64,000 nucleotides of DNA from a virus. The stretch lies in IMG/VR virus record IMGVR_UViG_3300045988_139196; one strand, written 5' to 3'. Under the pieces are notes generated by a model, which was not told the origin of the DNA, ran no database searches, and was given only the letters and a program-made list of their open reading frames with translations. Made by a program: the position numbers and the translations under genes. Shown piece after piece: positions 45,076 to 53,737 of the stretch (positions within the stretch are counted from its first letter, which is position 1; every line of letters begins with the position of its first letter).

Positions 45076-45624
45076 TTAAAAATGCTTATTGATATAACTA
45101 AATTCCGTAATTAAATCCGATAATACTTCTTTATCCTCTTCTAAAATATGGAGATTGATGTCAGTTTTATGCTTATTGTAGTTAGCTTCATCTACTTTTA
45201 CAGCAACTTCTAGTGTGTGTAAAACATCAATCATAAATTCAAATTTTTCTTCATAAAACATAGAGTATGCTCTATACCAACCAGTACCTTTAAATTTTGT
45301 ATAGCTTGCACACTTTTTATTATAATTAACCATATCTTCTGTGCTAGGTAAATAATAGACTAGATTACAAGCAAAATTAAAAGCTTCTTCATTTCCAAAA
45401 TAAATATATGTGGTTGTATTAGGATAAAATATACTTAGTGCAAGATGAAATAAATCTGTAAAGTCTATATCCACTTTATTATATCGGTCAGTCATAACAT
45501 TATAAGTTACAATTACAATGTCTTTAACTTTTTCATTTATTTCAAGTTCGTGATTAAAAGCCTCTTCTTTACTAGTAAAAGTTTTATTATCACTTGTTGT
45601 GAAACATTCTGTATGGGTAAACAT
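45076..45624 (-). CDS. hypothetical protein, paralogue family member
   Basis: MFTHTECFTTSDNKTFTSKEEAFNHE.., AFNFACNL and FKGTGWY. Confidence 0.6.
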   Translation of the reverse strand: MFTHTECFTTSDNKTFTSKEEAFNHELEINEKVKDIVIVTYNVMTDRYNKVDIDFTDLFHLALSIFYPNTTTYIYFGNEEAFNFACNLVYYLPSTEDMVNYNKKCASYTKFKGTGWYRAYSMFYEEKFEFMIDVLHTLEVAVKVDEANYNKHKTDINLHILEEDKEVLSDLITEFSYINKHF

Positions 45625-45646
45625 ATACTTATCCTTTCTATATCAG

Positions 45647-46061
45647 TTATAGCTTTATTACATTATCTTCTATAAATTTATTTAAGTTTCTATCAGCTTC
45701 ATAGAGTTTATCTAATTCCTTACGACAATCTTTAAGTAATGTTTCTTTTAAACTCTCTAAACAAGCATAATCACTTTTTTCAATATCTTCAATTATCTTT
45801 TTGAGATGTTTAATAATTTCAGAAAATAGGTATAGTCTGAATCATAACAAATGTGTTCTGCAAGGGTAATAAGGTCATTGAATTCCTTATCAACTTCCTG
45901 ACAACGCTTTTTGTAAATAGGGATATACCTTATAATTTTAAATAGTTTTGCCCAATCGTTTGTTTTAAGTTCCCATTCAAGAGCTTTCTTTATATCCGTA
46001 AATTTTCATTATCTGTTGTAATAATATAATCTCTGTTATCTTCATTAAAAATTGTAATCAT
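45647..46061 (-). pseudogene. gene broken by two frameshifts (or homopolymer sequencing errors)
   Basis: Three consecutive reading pieces lie in three frames: MITIFNEDNRDYIITTDNENLRI*, then ..KKALEWELKTNDW..LNISKR*, then ..IIEDIEKSDYACLESL..IEDNVIKL*. Only the first piece has a start and SD. Confidence 0.5.
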
Positions 46062-46075
46062 AAACTTTATCCTTA

Positions 46076-46441
46076 TTACATACACTCCCTATGTTCTCTG
46101 TTTAGATTATTATCCACAATATCATCAAACCATCTTCCACCAACTTCAAATCTTCTCCTAATAAGAGTATTAGCATTTTCAATATCTGAAAGCATAATAG
46201 AAACAATAGTGCAATCACTAGGATAAGCATTATCTTTAGTAAGACCATATTCATTATTCATTACTTTACCTTTGATAACATAAACATTCACATTATCTTC
46301 TGTCTTAGCTGTTTCATTTATCCAATCAAGAAAATCTGGAATTGATTCTTCGCAAAGTCCTTCAATAGTCAGAGCACTATCATTATAAAGCTTATCAAGC
46401 ATTTCCTTATCTGTAACTCTAATAGTATTATAATTAATCAT
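46076..46441 (-). CDS. hypothetical protein
   Basis: Start MINYNTI follows GGAGGA. Confidence 0.55.
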   Translation of the reverse strand: MINYNTIRVTDKEMLDKLYNDSALTIEGLCEESIPDFLDWINETAKTEDNVNVYVIKGKVMNNEYGLTKDNAYPSDCTIVSIMLSDIENANTLIRRRFEVGGRWFDDIVDNNLNREHRECM

Positions 46442-46465
46442 AATTAATTCCTCCAAAAAATATAT

Positions 46466-47047
46466 TTAGTTGTACTTCTTTGCTAGTTCTTCAAGGTCAT
46501 TCTGTATATCACAATTCTTAGCATATACACAACTTAGAACGTCCATAACCTTTGCAACACTGTTGGAAAGTTCATCATTATTATATTTATTTACAACTTT
46601 CAGCAATTCATCAAAAGCGTGTTTAACGTCTAAATCTAGGTCATTACCATAAACATATTCATCTTCCTTTATGTCAAGACCATTCAAATAGTCATTTAGT
46701 TCACGGAACTGTTTAAACTCAGAAGAAGCAAGTTTAGCTTCATAGTCTTTAACTCGATTACAAAGATAAGATGGATTTACAAATGCAAATATGTGATTAT
46801 CGTCCAGTTTATACTTAGCAAGTTCACCGAACAACTCATAAGATTTATTAAGTAGTTTGCCACTTGCTACATACACATCAGCTCCAGAACGCAAATTGGC
46901 AAATTTGTGTATCTCTTTCATAAACTTAGGCAAATCATCTTCTGAATTAAGTTCCATATATACAGATGCTTCACTATACATAAGACCGAACTTACAATCT
47001 ATATAGTCCATATCTTTTTCATCATCAAGTTTTATTATATTATACAT
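46466..47047 (-). CDS. hypothetical acidic protein
   Basis: ORF only. Confidence 0.55.
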   Translation of the reverse strand: MYNIIKLDDEKDMDYIDCKFGLMYSEASVYMELNSEDDLPKFMKEIHKFANLRSGADVYVASGKLLNKSYELFGELAKYKLDDNHIFAFVNPSYLCNRVKDYEAKLASSEFKQFRELNDYLNGLDIKEDEYVYGNDLDLDVKHAFDELLKVVNKYNNDELSNSVAKVMDVLSCVYAKNCDIQNDLEELAKKYN

Positions 47048-47067
47048 ATTTATTACCTCTAGCTTTC

Positions 47068-47376
47068 TTAATTATATTTATCTACCTCAGCCATTACTTC
47101 CTTGATAAAGTTAGTAATAATTTGCTTCTTACGTTCTTCATTCTTATAATAAAAGTTATCTGTGACATATGTAGTAACAAGAGTTACAAGTTTCTCTTTA
47201 GAACTGAATGTGTCTATAAAATCACAATGGGTATGAGGAATATTGTACATATCTTCCTCTGTATAAACATAGTTACTAGGATACAACTTATCATTGATTT
47301 CTTCTGTATCCAAACATATAATCAAATTCTTATCAACAGGGCTTGTATAATGTTCATAAAGCTTAAATGTTTTCAT
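47068..47376 (-). CDS. hypothetical protein
   Basis: Start MKTFKLY follows GGAGG. Confidence 0.55.
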   Translation of the reverse strand: MKTFKLYEHYTSPVDKNLIICLDTEEINDKLYPSNYVYTEEDMYNIPHTHCDFIDTFSSKEKLVTLVTTYVTDNFYYKNEERKKQIITNFIKEVMAEVDKYN

Positions 47377-47395
47377 GGTTAAAACCTCCAATTTA

Positions 47396-47605
47396 TCACC
47401 TTTTATAGCTATCTACGTTCCAAACATTTATGCTGAAAACGTCATTATAAATATCGTCAATACCTGACACTTCTGCACAGTTCATATCTTCTGGAATATC
47501 TCCATAATCTCCGTTATAAACCATTTTTTCTCCGTCGTCCGTCCATATCTGAATGTGCTGATTATCAGGGTCAAGAAATAGTTGCATAATATCACGAACT
47601 GTCAT
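47396..47605 (-). CDS. hypothetical acidic protein
   Basis: ORF only. Confidence 0.5.
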   Translation of the reverse strand: MTVRDIMQLFLDPDNQHIQIWTDDGEKMVYNGDYGDIPEDMNCAEVSGIDDIYNDVFSINVWNVDSYKR

Positions 47606-47607
47606 AG

Positions 47608-47943
47608 TTAGATTACCTCCTCTTTAATCTCGACAACTCCAAACGGATTATCTTTTCTGCCCTCAAAATAAGCGTAACACTCACTGATTATACAGCCATT
47701 TTGATATGAACTGAGATCATTCACGTTCATCTTCTCACCATTTGCATTAAATAGCTCATATCTATCTATATAATTGCTAGTGCCATAAAGAATAAAAGTA
47801 CACTTAGTTTCTGTTAATGGATCTAAAATACTATTGATCTCATCATCAGTGATATTTGGATTTTCTGCTTCCCAAATTTTCCGTAAACACTCAGTATCAT
47901 TAATAGTAAATGTCACCTTGCGTGTATTTCCGTATTTGTTCAT
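47608..47943 (-). CDS. hypothetical protein
   Basis: Start MNKYGNT follows GAGGAGG. Confidence 0.55.
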   Translation of the reverse strand: MNKYGNTRKVTFTINDTECLRKIWEAENPNITDDEINSILDPLTETKCTFILYGTSNYIDRYELFNANGEKMNVNDLSSYQNGCIISECYAYFEGRKDNPFGVVEIKEEVI

Positions 47944-47947
47944 TGTC

Positions 47948-48304
47948 TTATTCCTCCTCATCGTCATCTATATGTTCGAGTTCATCAGCGACTTTTAGCA
48001 AAAACTCCTTTATACTATCAGCATCATCAATTAATACTCTTATACTGTCAGGCACTCCGCTTTTCCCTCTTAAATCAACCCACATTGCAGCGTGTTCATC
48101 AGCATCAAAAATCATCGCCATTTCTCTAAATGCTCTTATAAAGTCTTTAGAAGTACCGTTGTAAAAAACAGTTTCAACAACATCTTCTCCAGCATCGGAA
48201 TAAAATTCTACCTCTTGAAAAAATTCATTATTATCAGCTTCATATTTCTCCGATAATTTAATCCTATTGTTTCCCAAAACCTTAGTAATCTTTTTGTTTA
48301 ACAT
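47948..48304 (-). CDS. hypothetical acidic protein
   Basis: Start MLNKKIT follows GGAGG. Confidence 0.55.
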   Translation of the reverse strand: MLNKKITKVLGNNRIKLSEKYEADNNEFFQEVEFYSDAGEDVVETVFYNGTSKDFIRAFREMAMIFDADEHAAMWVDLRGKSGVPDSIRVLIDDADSIKEFLLKVADELEHIDDDEEE

Positions 48305-48373
48305 AATAAGACCTCCGTTAATATATTTTTCCATTGCTATACATATAAATGAATGGTACTCTTTACAAGTATC

Positions 48374-48413
48374 TCCCTTGCTCCGAGTATATAAGAGGGG
48401 AATAATTCCCCTC
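48374..48413 (-). repeat. intergenic hairpin plus TATATAC element, copy D
   Basis: Minus-strand reading: GAGGGG-AATTATT-CCCCTC, then TTATATACTC, then AGAGTACCAT 22 nt further on. Confidence 0.55.
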
Positions 48414-48419
48414 AGAATG

Positions 48420-48602
48420 TTAAATCAATCCATTTTCTTTGAACTCTCTTATCAGCCCGTATTGTGTGCCAAGCTTTCTAAGTTTATTTTGTATTTCAGC
48501 TAATTCCGCATAGCTTATTGAGCTTTCTGACAAATCAGCTTGTAATTGTATTGCAAGTTCTCTTGTTCTTGCTTTTCCTCTTGTGTATTTATTAATATTC
48601 AT
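48420..48602 (-). CDS. hypothetical small protein
   Basis: ORF only. Confidence 0.45.
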   Translation of the reverse strand: MNINKYTRGKARTRELAIQLQADLSESSISYAELAEIQNKLRKLGTQYGLIREFKENGLI

Positions 48603-48620
48603 GATTAGACTATCTCCTCT

Positions 48621-48986
48621 TTAATAGTATTCATTGAGATACTTGCTTTCAAGTTTTTTAACTTTTTCCGTTATACTGCTTTTATCCTTGCAAATGTCTA
48701 TAAAGTCAGCAGTATTACACATATTCAAGAGTTTATAATACTTTTCTTCAACAGTATATTTATTCCAAAAGATTAAATATTCCTCTCTCTGTTGCTTTGC
48801 GGCTTGTTCAATCCTTTTCATATCCTCACATGGAATGTAGTCTGTAGATACGTACAATTTGATTATTCCATTTGCGCTTATATGTGCTATCTGCTTACAG
48901 TCTTTATGTTCCATTACGGCTTTATTACATACTGTAATGCCGTTTCCTAAACAGCACATAAATAATTCAAAGTTCCGTTTGCTCAT
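48621..48986 (-). CDS. hypothetical protein
   Basis: Start MSKRNFE follows GAGGAGG. Confidence 0.55.
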   Translation of the reverse strand: MSKRNFELFMCCLGNGITVCNKAVMEHKDCKQIAHISANGIIKLYVSTDYIPCEDMKRIEQAAKQQREEYLIFWNKYTVEEKYYKLLNMCNTADFIDICKDKSSITEKVKKLESKYLNEYY

Positions 48987-48990
48987 ATAA

Positions 48991-49212
48991 TCAAGCCTCC
49001 TCATCGTCAAGACCATCGTCTATAAGGTCATCAATCTCCAGCTCATAACATAGGTCATTCAAGACCGCTTCTTGAGCAACTATATAACGATAAACATCAC
49101 GCTTTTTAGTGTTCTTTTTATCATTGTTATATTCCTTGTCTGCATACTCAAGTGCTTCCACTGTCTCGTTATACATTTTTATAATAATCTTAATCATTTC
49201 TTCTCTTGTCAT
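48991..49212 (-). CDS. hypothetical acidic protein
   Basis: ORF only. Confidence 0.5.
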   Translation of the reverse strand: MTREEMIKIIIKMYNETVEALEYADKEYNNDKKNTKKRDVYRYIVAQEAVLNDLCYELEIDDLIDDGLDDEEA

Positions 49213-49239
49213 GGTTAACTCCTCCTCAAAACAGATATT

Positions 49240-49620
49240 TTATTTAGATTTGTTTTGCATCTCAAACTCTTCTAATTCCTCCCAATCAATTTCATCATAA
49301 TACGTTTCAGGGTATTGCCAATCAACGCCCTCATAAACGAAAACGGCTCTCCATTTAATATTGTCGCATAATTCCATGAAGTCAAGCTTTGTATACGTTG
49401 CTACATCTTCAAGCAAGCCGTTTTCATCGGTTTCGTCATAGTATTCAGGTATATAGCAGATCTCGTCATTTGCAAGTTCATCAAAGCTTTTGTCTGACTT
49501 ATACACATACCCTTGATCGGTGCAGAAAAAACCTATTTGATCTTCAAAATCACGTTTTTTAATACCTTGTTTAAGCAAGGTGTCTATTTTTTCTCTTGTT
49601 AAATATGGCTTATTACTCAT
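49240..49620 (-). CDS. hypothetical acidic protein
   Basis: ORF only. Confidence 0.5.
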   Translation of the reverse strand: MSNKPYLTREKIDTLLKQGIKKRDFEDQIGFFCTDQGYVYKSDKSFDELANDEICYIPEYYDETDENGLLEDVATYTKLDFMELCDNIKWRAVFVYEGVDWQYPETYYDEIDWEELEEFEMQNKSK

Positions 49621-49635
49621 GGTTTACCTCCTTGT

Positions 49636-50787
49636 TTATTTATACCATGTTGATTTTACGTCATTTAGATTTATCGGGCAAAGTAACATAAGCTGACTAT
49701 TATATTTATTTTCCTCAACATTTTTGAAGACTATAGGTTTCGATGCTCCACTATGGAACATTTTAATTCTGTCGCCCTCAAGATTTTTAATAGCATCCGT
49801 AAAGTATGTGAGATGATAGCCGCTAGTCTCAGAAATATTCAAGCCCTCAATATCAATGCTTCCATAAGGTGAGACAAGTCCATTATTCTTGATTGCAAAC
49901 ATATCCATAGTCTTTTTAACTCTAATCTCTTTAAAGTATTTCAAGTTTTCAAGCATATTCTTTTTCTCAAATTCAAATTCAGAGCTAAAACTACATGGAA
50001 TAGCTGCCTCCCATTTGAAATACTGCCCTTCAAGATTCCTGCTCAAGAGCGTAAAATCTTCCGACACAAGATTAAATGCTGTTATATCCTTAAACGATAT
50101 AATATCACATTCACCCTTTTTGAATTGCTTTAAAATTGAAAATGTGTTATTATTTATTGTAAACTCATTTTTAAAGCTCAAGCCGTTATCTTCCGTATCA
50201 GTGCTGATTGCAAGTCTATAGCCGTCAAGAGCTACCATTTTATTTGCCTTAAAATTAATACCTCTTAATATAGGCTTGAGATCGTCTTGTGTGTATATAG
50301 CATAGCTGATTGAATTACAACGCTCCATAAGCTTCTCAATCGTGTATGTATGTTGCTCAAGGATATTTGAATTATTTGAATTAATATTATCAATCCAAAC
50401 TTTTCCAAGATGTGCAAAAAGAGAATGTGCATCATTATCATTTACATCAGTTATTCCAGCTTTAAATGACTTTTTGCCGTCCTCAAAGTTGCACGCTTTA
50501 TCACTATCAAACGTGATAATTGTATCGCTGCCCTTGAAATATTTAAGAGCCTTTATAACTCTTTTCACGTCCTCAAGAGCAAACATGATCTTGTCATCGG
50601 TTATACAGCTTATAGTCTTACAGCCGATAACCTCCAGATTATTTGCGGAAATTTTCATTTTTCCGTCCTCAGCCTGGATAAACGCACTCCGCAAAAGATA
50701 GTCAGATGATTTTGTGTTAATGATCTTTTCCACCTGCTCGAGGGCTGCTACAAGGTTCTTTGTGTTTACTATAATTTTCGTGTTCAT
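49636..50787 (-). CDS. dnaN: DNA polymerase III beta sliding-clamp-like protein
   Basis: 383 aa. The N-terminus NTKNLVAALEQVEKIINTKSS.YLLRSAFIQAEDGKMKISANNLEV follows the DnaN pattern, and the length fits. Confidence 0.6.
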   Translation of the reverse strand: MNTKIIVNTKNLVAALEQVEKIINTKSSDYLLRSAFIQAEDGKMKISANNLEVIGCKTISCITDDKIMFALEDVKRVIKALKYFKGSDTIITFDSDKACNFEDGKKSFKAGITDVNDNDAHSLFAHLGKVWIDNINSNNSNILEQHTYTIEKLMERCNSISYAIYTQDDLKPILRGINFKANKMVALDGYRLAISTDTEDNGLSFKNEFTINNNTFSILKQFKKGECDIISFKDITAFNLVSEDFTLLSRNLEGQYFKWEAAIPCSFSSEFEFEKKNMLENLKYFKEIRVKKTMDMFAIKNNGLVSPYGSIDIEGLNISETSGYHLTYFTDAIKNLEGDRIKMFHSGASKPIVFKNVEENKYNSQLMLLCPINLNDVKSTWYK

Positions 50788-50810
50788 GATTTTTTACCTC
50801 CGTATTGTTA

Positions 50811-51194
50811 TTAGTATCTACATTTTACGATCTGAATTATTCCAGACTTAATGCACAAGTCGGCTAGTTCGTCTTGTTCTTTAACCTTGTTGATTTCAGC
50901 TTGGAATATCTCAGGATTTTTAATTGCATACTTTTCCACAAAATCATTTTTTCTGAGATTATAGAGAAAATAATAGTTCCCATCAACGGCTACAAGCCTA
51001 TTGTAAAAATCCATAACTTTGATATTTTTCTTTCTCAACTTATATGCAACTTCAAATAAAGTTCGAGGAGGCAATAAGTTATTAATAACATTACAATTCT
51101 TTATAACTCCTTTTGTCTTGCCGTTATCGCCCTTCACTGTAATTGACGTTTTGCCGATTTTTATTTCCTCTCCGTTGATTTTTGTAATTTCCAT
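50811..51194 (-). CDS. hypothetical protein
   Basis: ORF only. Confidence 0.5.
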   Translation of the reverse strand: MEITKINGEEIKIGKTSITVKGDNGKTKGVIKNCNVINNLLPPRTLFEVAYKLRKKNIKVMDFYNRLVAVDGNYYFLYNLRKNDFVEKYAIKNPEIFQAEINKVKEQDELADLCIKSGIIQIVKCRY

Positions 51195-51268
51195 AAAATT
51201 TGACCTCCGTATTTTAAAATAAATGTTTTATTCGCTTTTCAAGCGTGTTATATGGTACTCTCAACGAC

Positions 51269-51314
51269 TTCATGCGGTCATTTTGAGTATATAGGGCGGC
51301 TTGTGTAACCGCCC
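51269..51314 (-). repeat. intergenic hairpin plus TATATAC element, copy A
   Basis: Minus-strand reading: GGGCGG-loop-CCGCCC, then TATATACTC..CCGCATGAAG..AGAGTACCAT. Confidence 0.55.
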
Positions 51315-51328
51315 TCAGATCGTGTGTA

Positions 51329-51859
51329 TTATGCTTTTTCAGATCGCTCACATGGTATATCAGTGAGAACATAATCCCAGCTTGTACCCCAATGAGTGAC
51401 GCCCCACACATATAGATCTAAAGTTTCATTGTAGTATACTATTTCGTTAGTATATTCTTCAAGGATACTAGCACCTTGTTCAGAAATGATGAAGTATTGA
51501 AATATTTCTGAATACTGTTCACTGTTTTTAAGATCGTCAATTTCATTTTCCAATTCTGAAATTAATTCAAGATTGTCTTCTGCCTCTGCCTCCTCTAAGC
51601 GTTCTTGCAATTCTTCCAGTTTATCGGCGTATTCCTCATAATCAAGCGTATTGCCTTCTGAGTCCTCATAAGTTACATCAGAACCGCCAACCATGTCCCA
51701 GTAGCCGATCTCAGCCGTTGTTGATAAAATGTCATTGCACATAACAGCATCAAATGACTTTGCAAGCGTTGCATAGTCAACAAAACCATTTTGCTTACCA
51801 TAGTCTGAAATCTCGTTTCCACAAAAATGTGTGCCGAATATTGTTTGTGTTTTTGCCAT
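51329..51859 (-). CDS. highly acidic hypothetical protein (possible DNA mimic or anti-restriction; speculative)
   Basis: ORF with a long E/D-rich central helix. No diagnostic motif recognised. Confidence 0.5.
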   Translation of the reverse strand: MAKTQTIFGTHFCGNEISDYGKQNGFVDYATLAKSFDAVMCNDILSTTAEIGYWDMVGGSDVTYEDSEGNTLDYEEYADKLEELQERLEEAEAEDNLELISELENEIDDLKNSEQYSEIFQYFIISEQGASILEEYTNEIVYYNETLDLYVWGVTHWGTSWDYVLTDIPCERSEKA

Positions 51860-51921
51860 AAAAATTCCTCCTCAAATATGTATCATTTTGGTTTATCTAT
51901 GTTGTATGGTGTGTTTATTTT

Positions 51922-51964
51922 CCTCGTGCGGAAAATTCCCACATATACCGCCCTTTATGGGCGG
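51922..51964 (-). repeat. intergenic hairpin plus TATAT element, copy C
   Basis: Minus-strand reading: CCGCCC-ATAAA-GGGCGG, then TATATG..CCGCACGAGG. Confidence 0.5.
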
Positions 51965-51970
51965 TTGTCA

Positions 51971-52183
51971 CTAAATCATTTTAAATGTAAATTTCACATT
52001 ATGAATGTGATCTGAATTATATCCACCTCCAGCAATCGCCCTCAGATCATCTCTAATGTATGATTTAATGTGATCCATGCCATAGAAATGATCGGGGTTA
52101 ATGGTATATGTATCGCTGAATGTAAATATCTTGCCTGGATACCATTTAGGCACACTCTTAATATTTGGATGCTTCTCATCCAT
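51971..52183 (-). CDS. hypothetical protein
   Basis: ORF only. Confidence 0.45.
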   Translation of the reverse strand: MDEKHPNIKSVPKWYPGKIFTFSDTYTINPDHFYGMDHIKSYIRDDLRAIAGGGYNSDHIHNVKFTFKMI

Positions 52184-52298
52184 GGTGTACTTGATTTACG
52201 CAAAGATCTTAATTTTGCTACTCATAATAATTGACCTCCTCAAAGTCTTAAAGTTGTATGTTGTATAACGTGTAAATAATGGTTATGGTATCCGCTCC

Positions 52299-52340
52299 AC
52301 CTCATGCGGTTTTGTGGATATAAGGGCGTATAAACGCCCC
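52299..52340 (-). repeat. intergenic hairpin plus TATAT element, copy B
   Basis: Minus-strand reading: GGGCG-TTTATA-CGCCC, then TTATATCC..CCGCATGAGG. Confidence 0.5.
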
Positions 52341-52341
52341 T

Positions 52342-52611
52342 TTAAGCGTGTAAATACGCTTCTTTTTGGCTCATTTTTGTAACGCTATTGGCAGCGTGCA
52401 AAACGCTTTGCGGGATTCTATAGCCACAAATAACGTATTTGTCAAGGCGTGTGCTATAGCCTATTGAATAGTTCCAGCCGTAAACACCAGCGTTATAATA
52501 ATTAGTGCTATCGGTATAGGCATCAATGCTGCTATCATCAACAAGAATAAGGTCTTGACCGCTGATTATATTTTTTGCATCCATGTTTGTGATTTTTTTT
52601 GATGTATACAT
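52342..52611 (-). CDS. hypothetical protein (first gene of the leftward block)
   Basis: ORF with GGAGG upstream and a long A/C-rich leader. Confidence 0.5.
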   Translation of the reverse strand: MYTSKKITNMDAKNIISGQDLILVDDSSIDAYTDSTNYYNAGVYGWNYSIGYSTRLDKYVICGYRIPQSVLHAANSVTKMSQKEAYLHA

Positions 52612-52777
52612 AAAATTACCTCCATTTTTTTGGTTTACGTTTGTTTTTTTGTTTTTTTGTTTTGTCTGTTGTCTTATTTCTTTTGTTTTACTGTTCTACA
52701 CTTGACTTTTTATTTCTTTTGTGTTATCTTAAAATATGGTTGATTAAATTCAGATCATTGCACTGGATTCAATCGTA

Positions 52778-52798
52778 TAGCGGTTAAAATAACCGCTA
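52778..52798. repeat. perfect palindrome TAGCGGTTA-AAA-TAACCGCTA
   Basis: Read directly. GCGGTTA/GCGGTAA-like words recur at about 53072, 53266, 54045 and 54358. Confidence 0.7.
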
Positions 52799-53230
52799 AA
52801 AGTTTAGGTAAACTATTAGCAAGATCCCTTTTTTTATATCCCAGAAATTCGAAAAACTGGATTAAAAACATTTTGAGCCTATCGTTTTTAAGATTTTCAC
52901 CGCCTACATTTGACGTTGTTCAATTCGGTTTTAGCCGGTTCGTACGGTGAAATATTTGATTTTCAAGTTGCAAAAATTTATTACTAGCCGTCACATGACC
53001 TTGCAAAAGTCAACTAGATTTTTTGTTGTGCGGTTGTCAACTCTTTTCATTTTAGATTTTCCGCTTTTTAGTGCTAGCGGTAAACTTACTTGTATCTGGT
53101 AAAGGGTTTTGCTTTTTGGTTTTTGGTTTATTCCCTTCCCTTACTGTAATTATATTATAACACATGGCGTCATGTATTACAATTGACTTTTTGCACAAAC
53201 ATGGAGTCATGTATTTATATAACTTGCACA

Positions 53231-53737
53231 CACAATATATAGTGCATATTATTGTATTTTTGAATGATAACCGCTATATATAGTGATACTATGATTTATA
53301 AACGAAACTAAAATATTTGTAAGAAGTTACAAATATATAATTGAAATGAGGTTTAAAATTGGACAATATAAACAAAAAGAAGATAGAGTATAATGCTGCA
53401 TACACTGCCAAAAATTACAAAAAATTATCGGTTAATGTGAAGCCCACAGATTATGCGGCTATTGACAATTATTGTAAAAAATCAAATATTAGCAAAGCTA
53501 AATTTATTGTAAAATGTTGTAAACACTGTATAGATCATGATATTAGTTTTGATGATTAACTAGACCACAATATATAGTTGTTAATACAGTATTTATTACT
53601 TGTAATACACAATATACAGTATGCTTATATCTTGAGTTATAAGGCTACTAGCAAGCGTTATATACTGTTGTATATATGGGTGGTATGTTATACTTGATAG
53701 CCGTTAAAATGAATTTTAGAGCATACAATATATAGTG
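53231..53737. repeat. five dispersed copies of a 14-nt motif (consensus CACAATATATAGTG) flanking the RHH gene
   Basis: Copies at 53231-53244, 53272-53285 (CGCTATATATAGTG), 53566-53579, 53608-53621 and 53724-53737. Confidence 0.65.
53359..53559 (+). CDS. ribbon-helix-helix (CopG/Arc-like) protein
   Basis: 66 aa with a TTG start 7 nt after GAGG. YNAAYTAKNYKKLSVNVKPTDYAAIDNYCKKSNISKAKFIVKC fits the RHH pattern common in Firmicute plasmids and phages. Confidence 0.55.
   Translation: MDNINKKKIEYNAAYTAKNYKKLSVNVKPTDYAAIDNYCKKSNISKAKFIVKCCKHCIDHDISFDD

Noticed and set aside
44186-49016. N-terminal extensions in the ORF track that begin at TTG (for example at 44413, 46456, 47391) or at upstream ATGs (47967, 48334, 49016)
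   Set aside because: The TTG is part of the TTGGAGG Shine-Dalgarno region of the true downstream ATG. For the upstream ATGs the SD likewise lies inside the extension. Starts were moved accordingly.
51214-51411. Listed 65-aa minus-strand ORF
   Set aside because: It overlaps the 3' end of the acidic-protein gene and the intergenic hairpin element, and has no SD.
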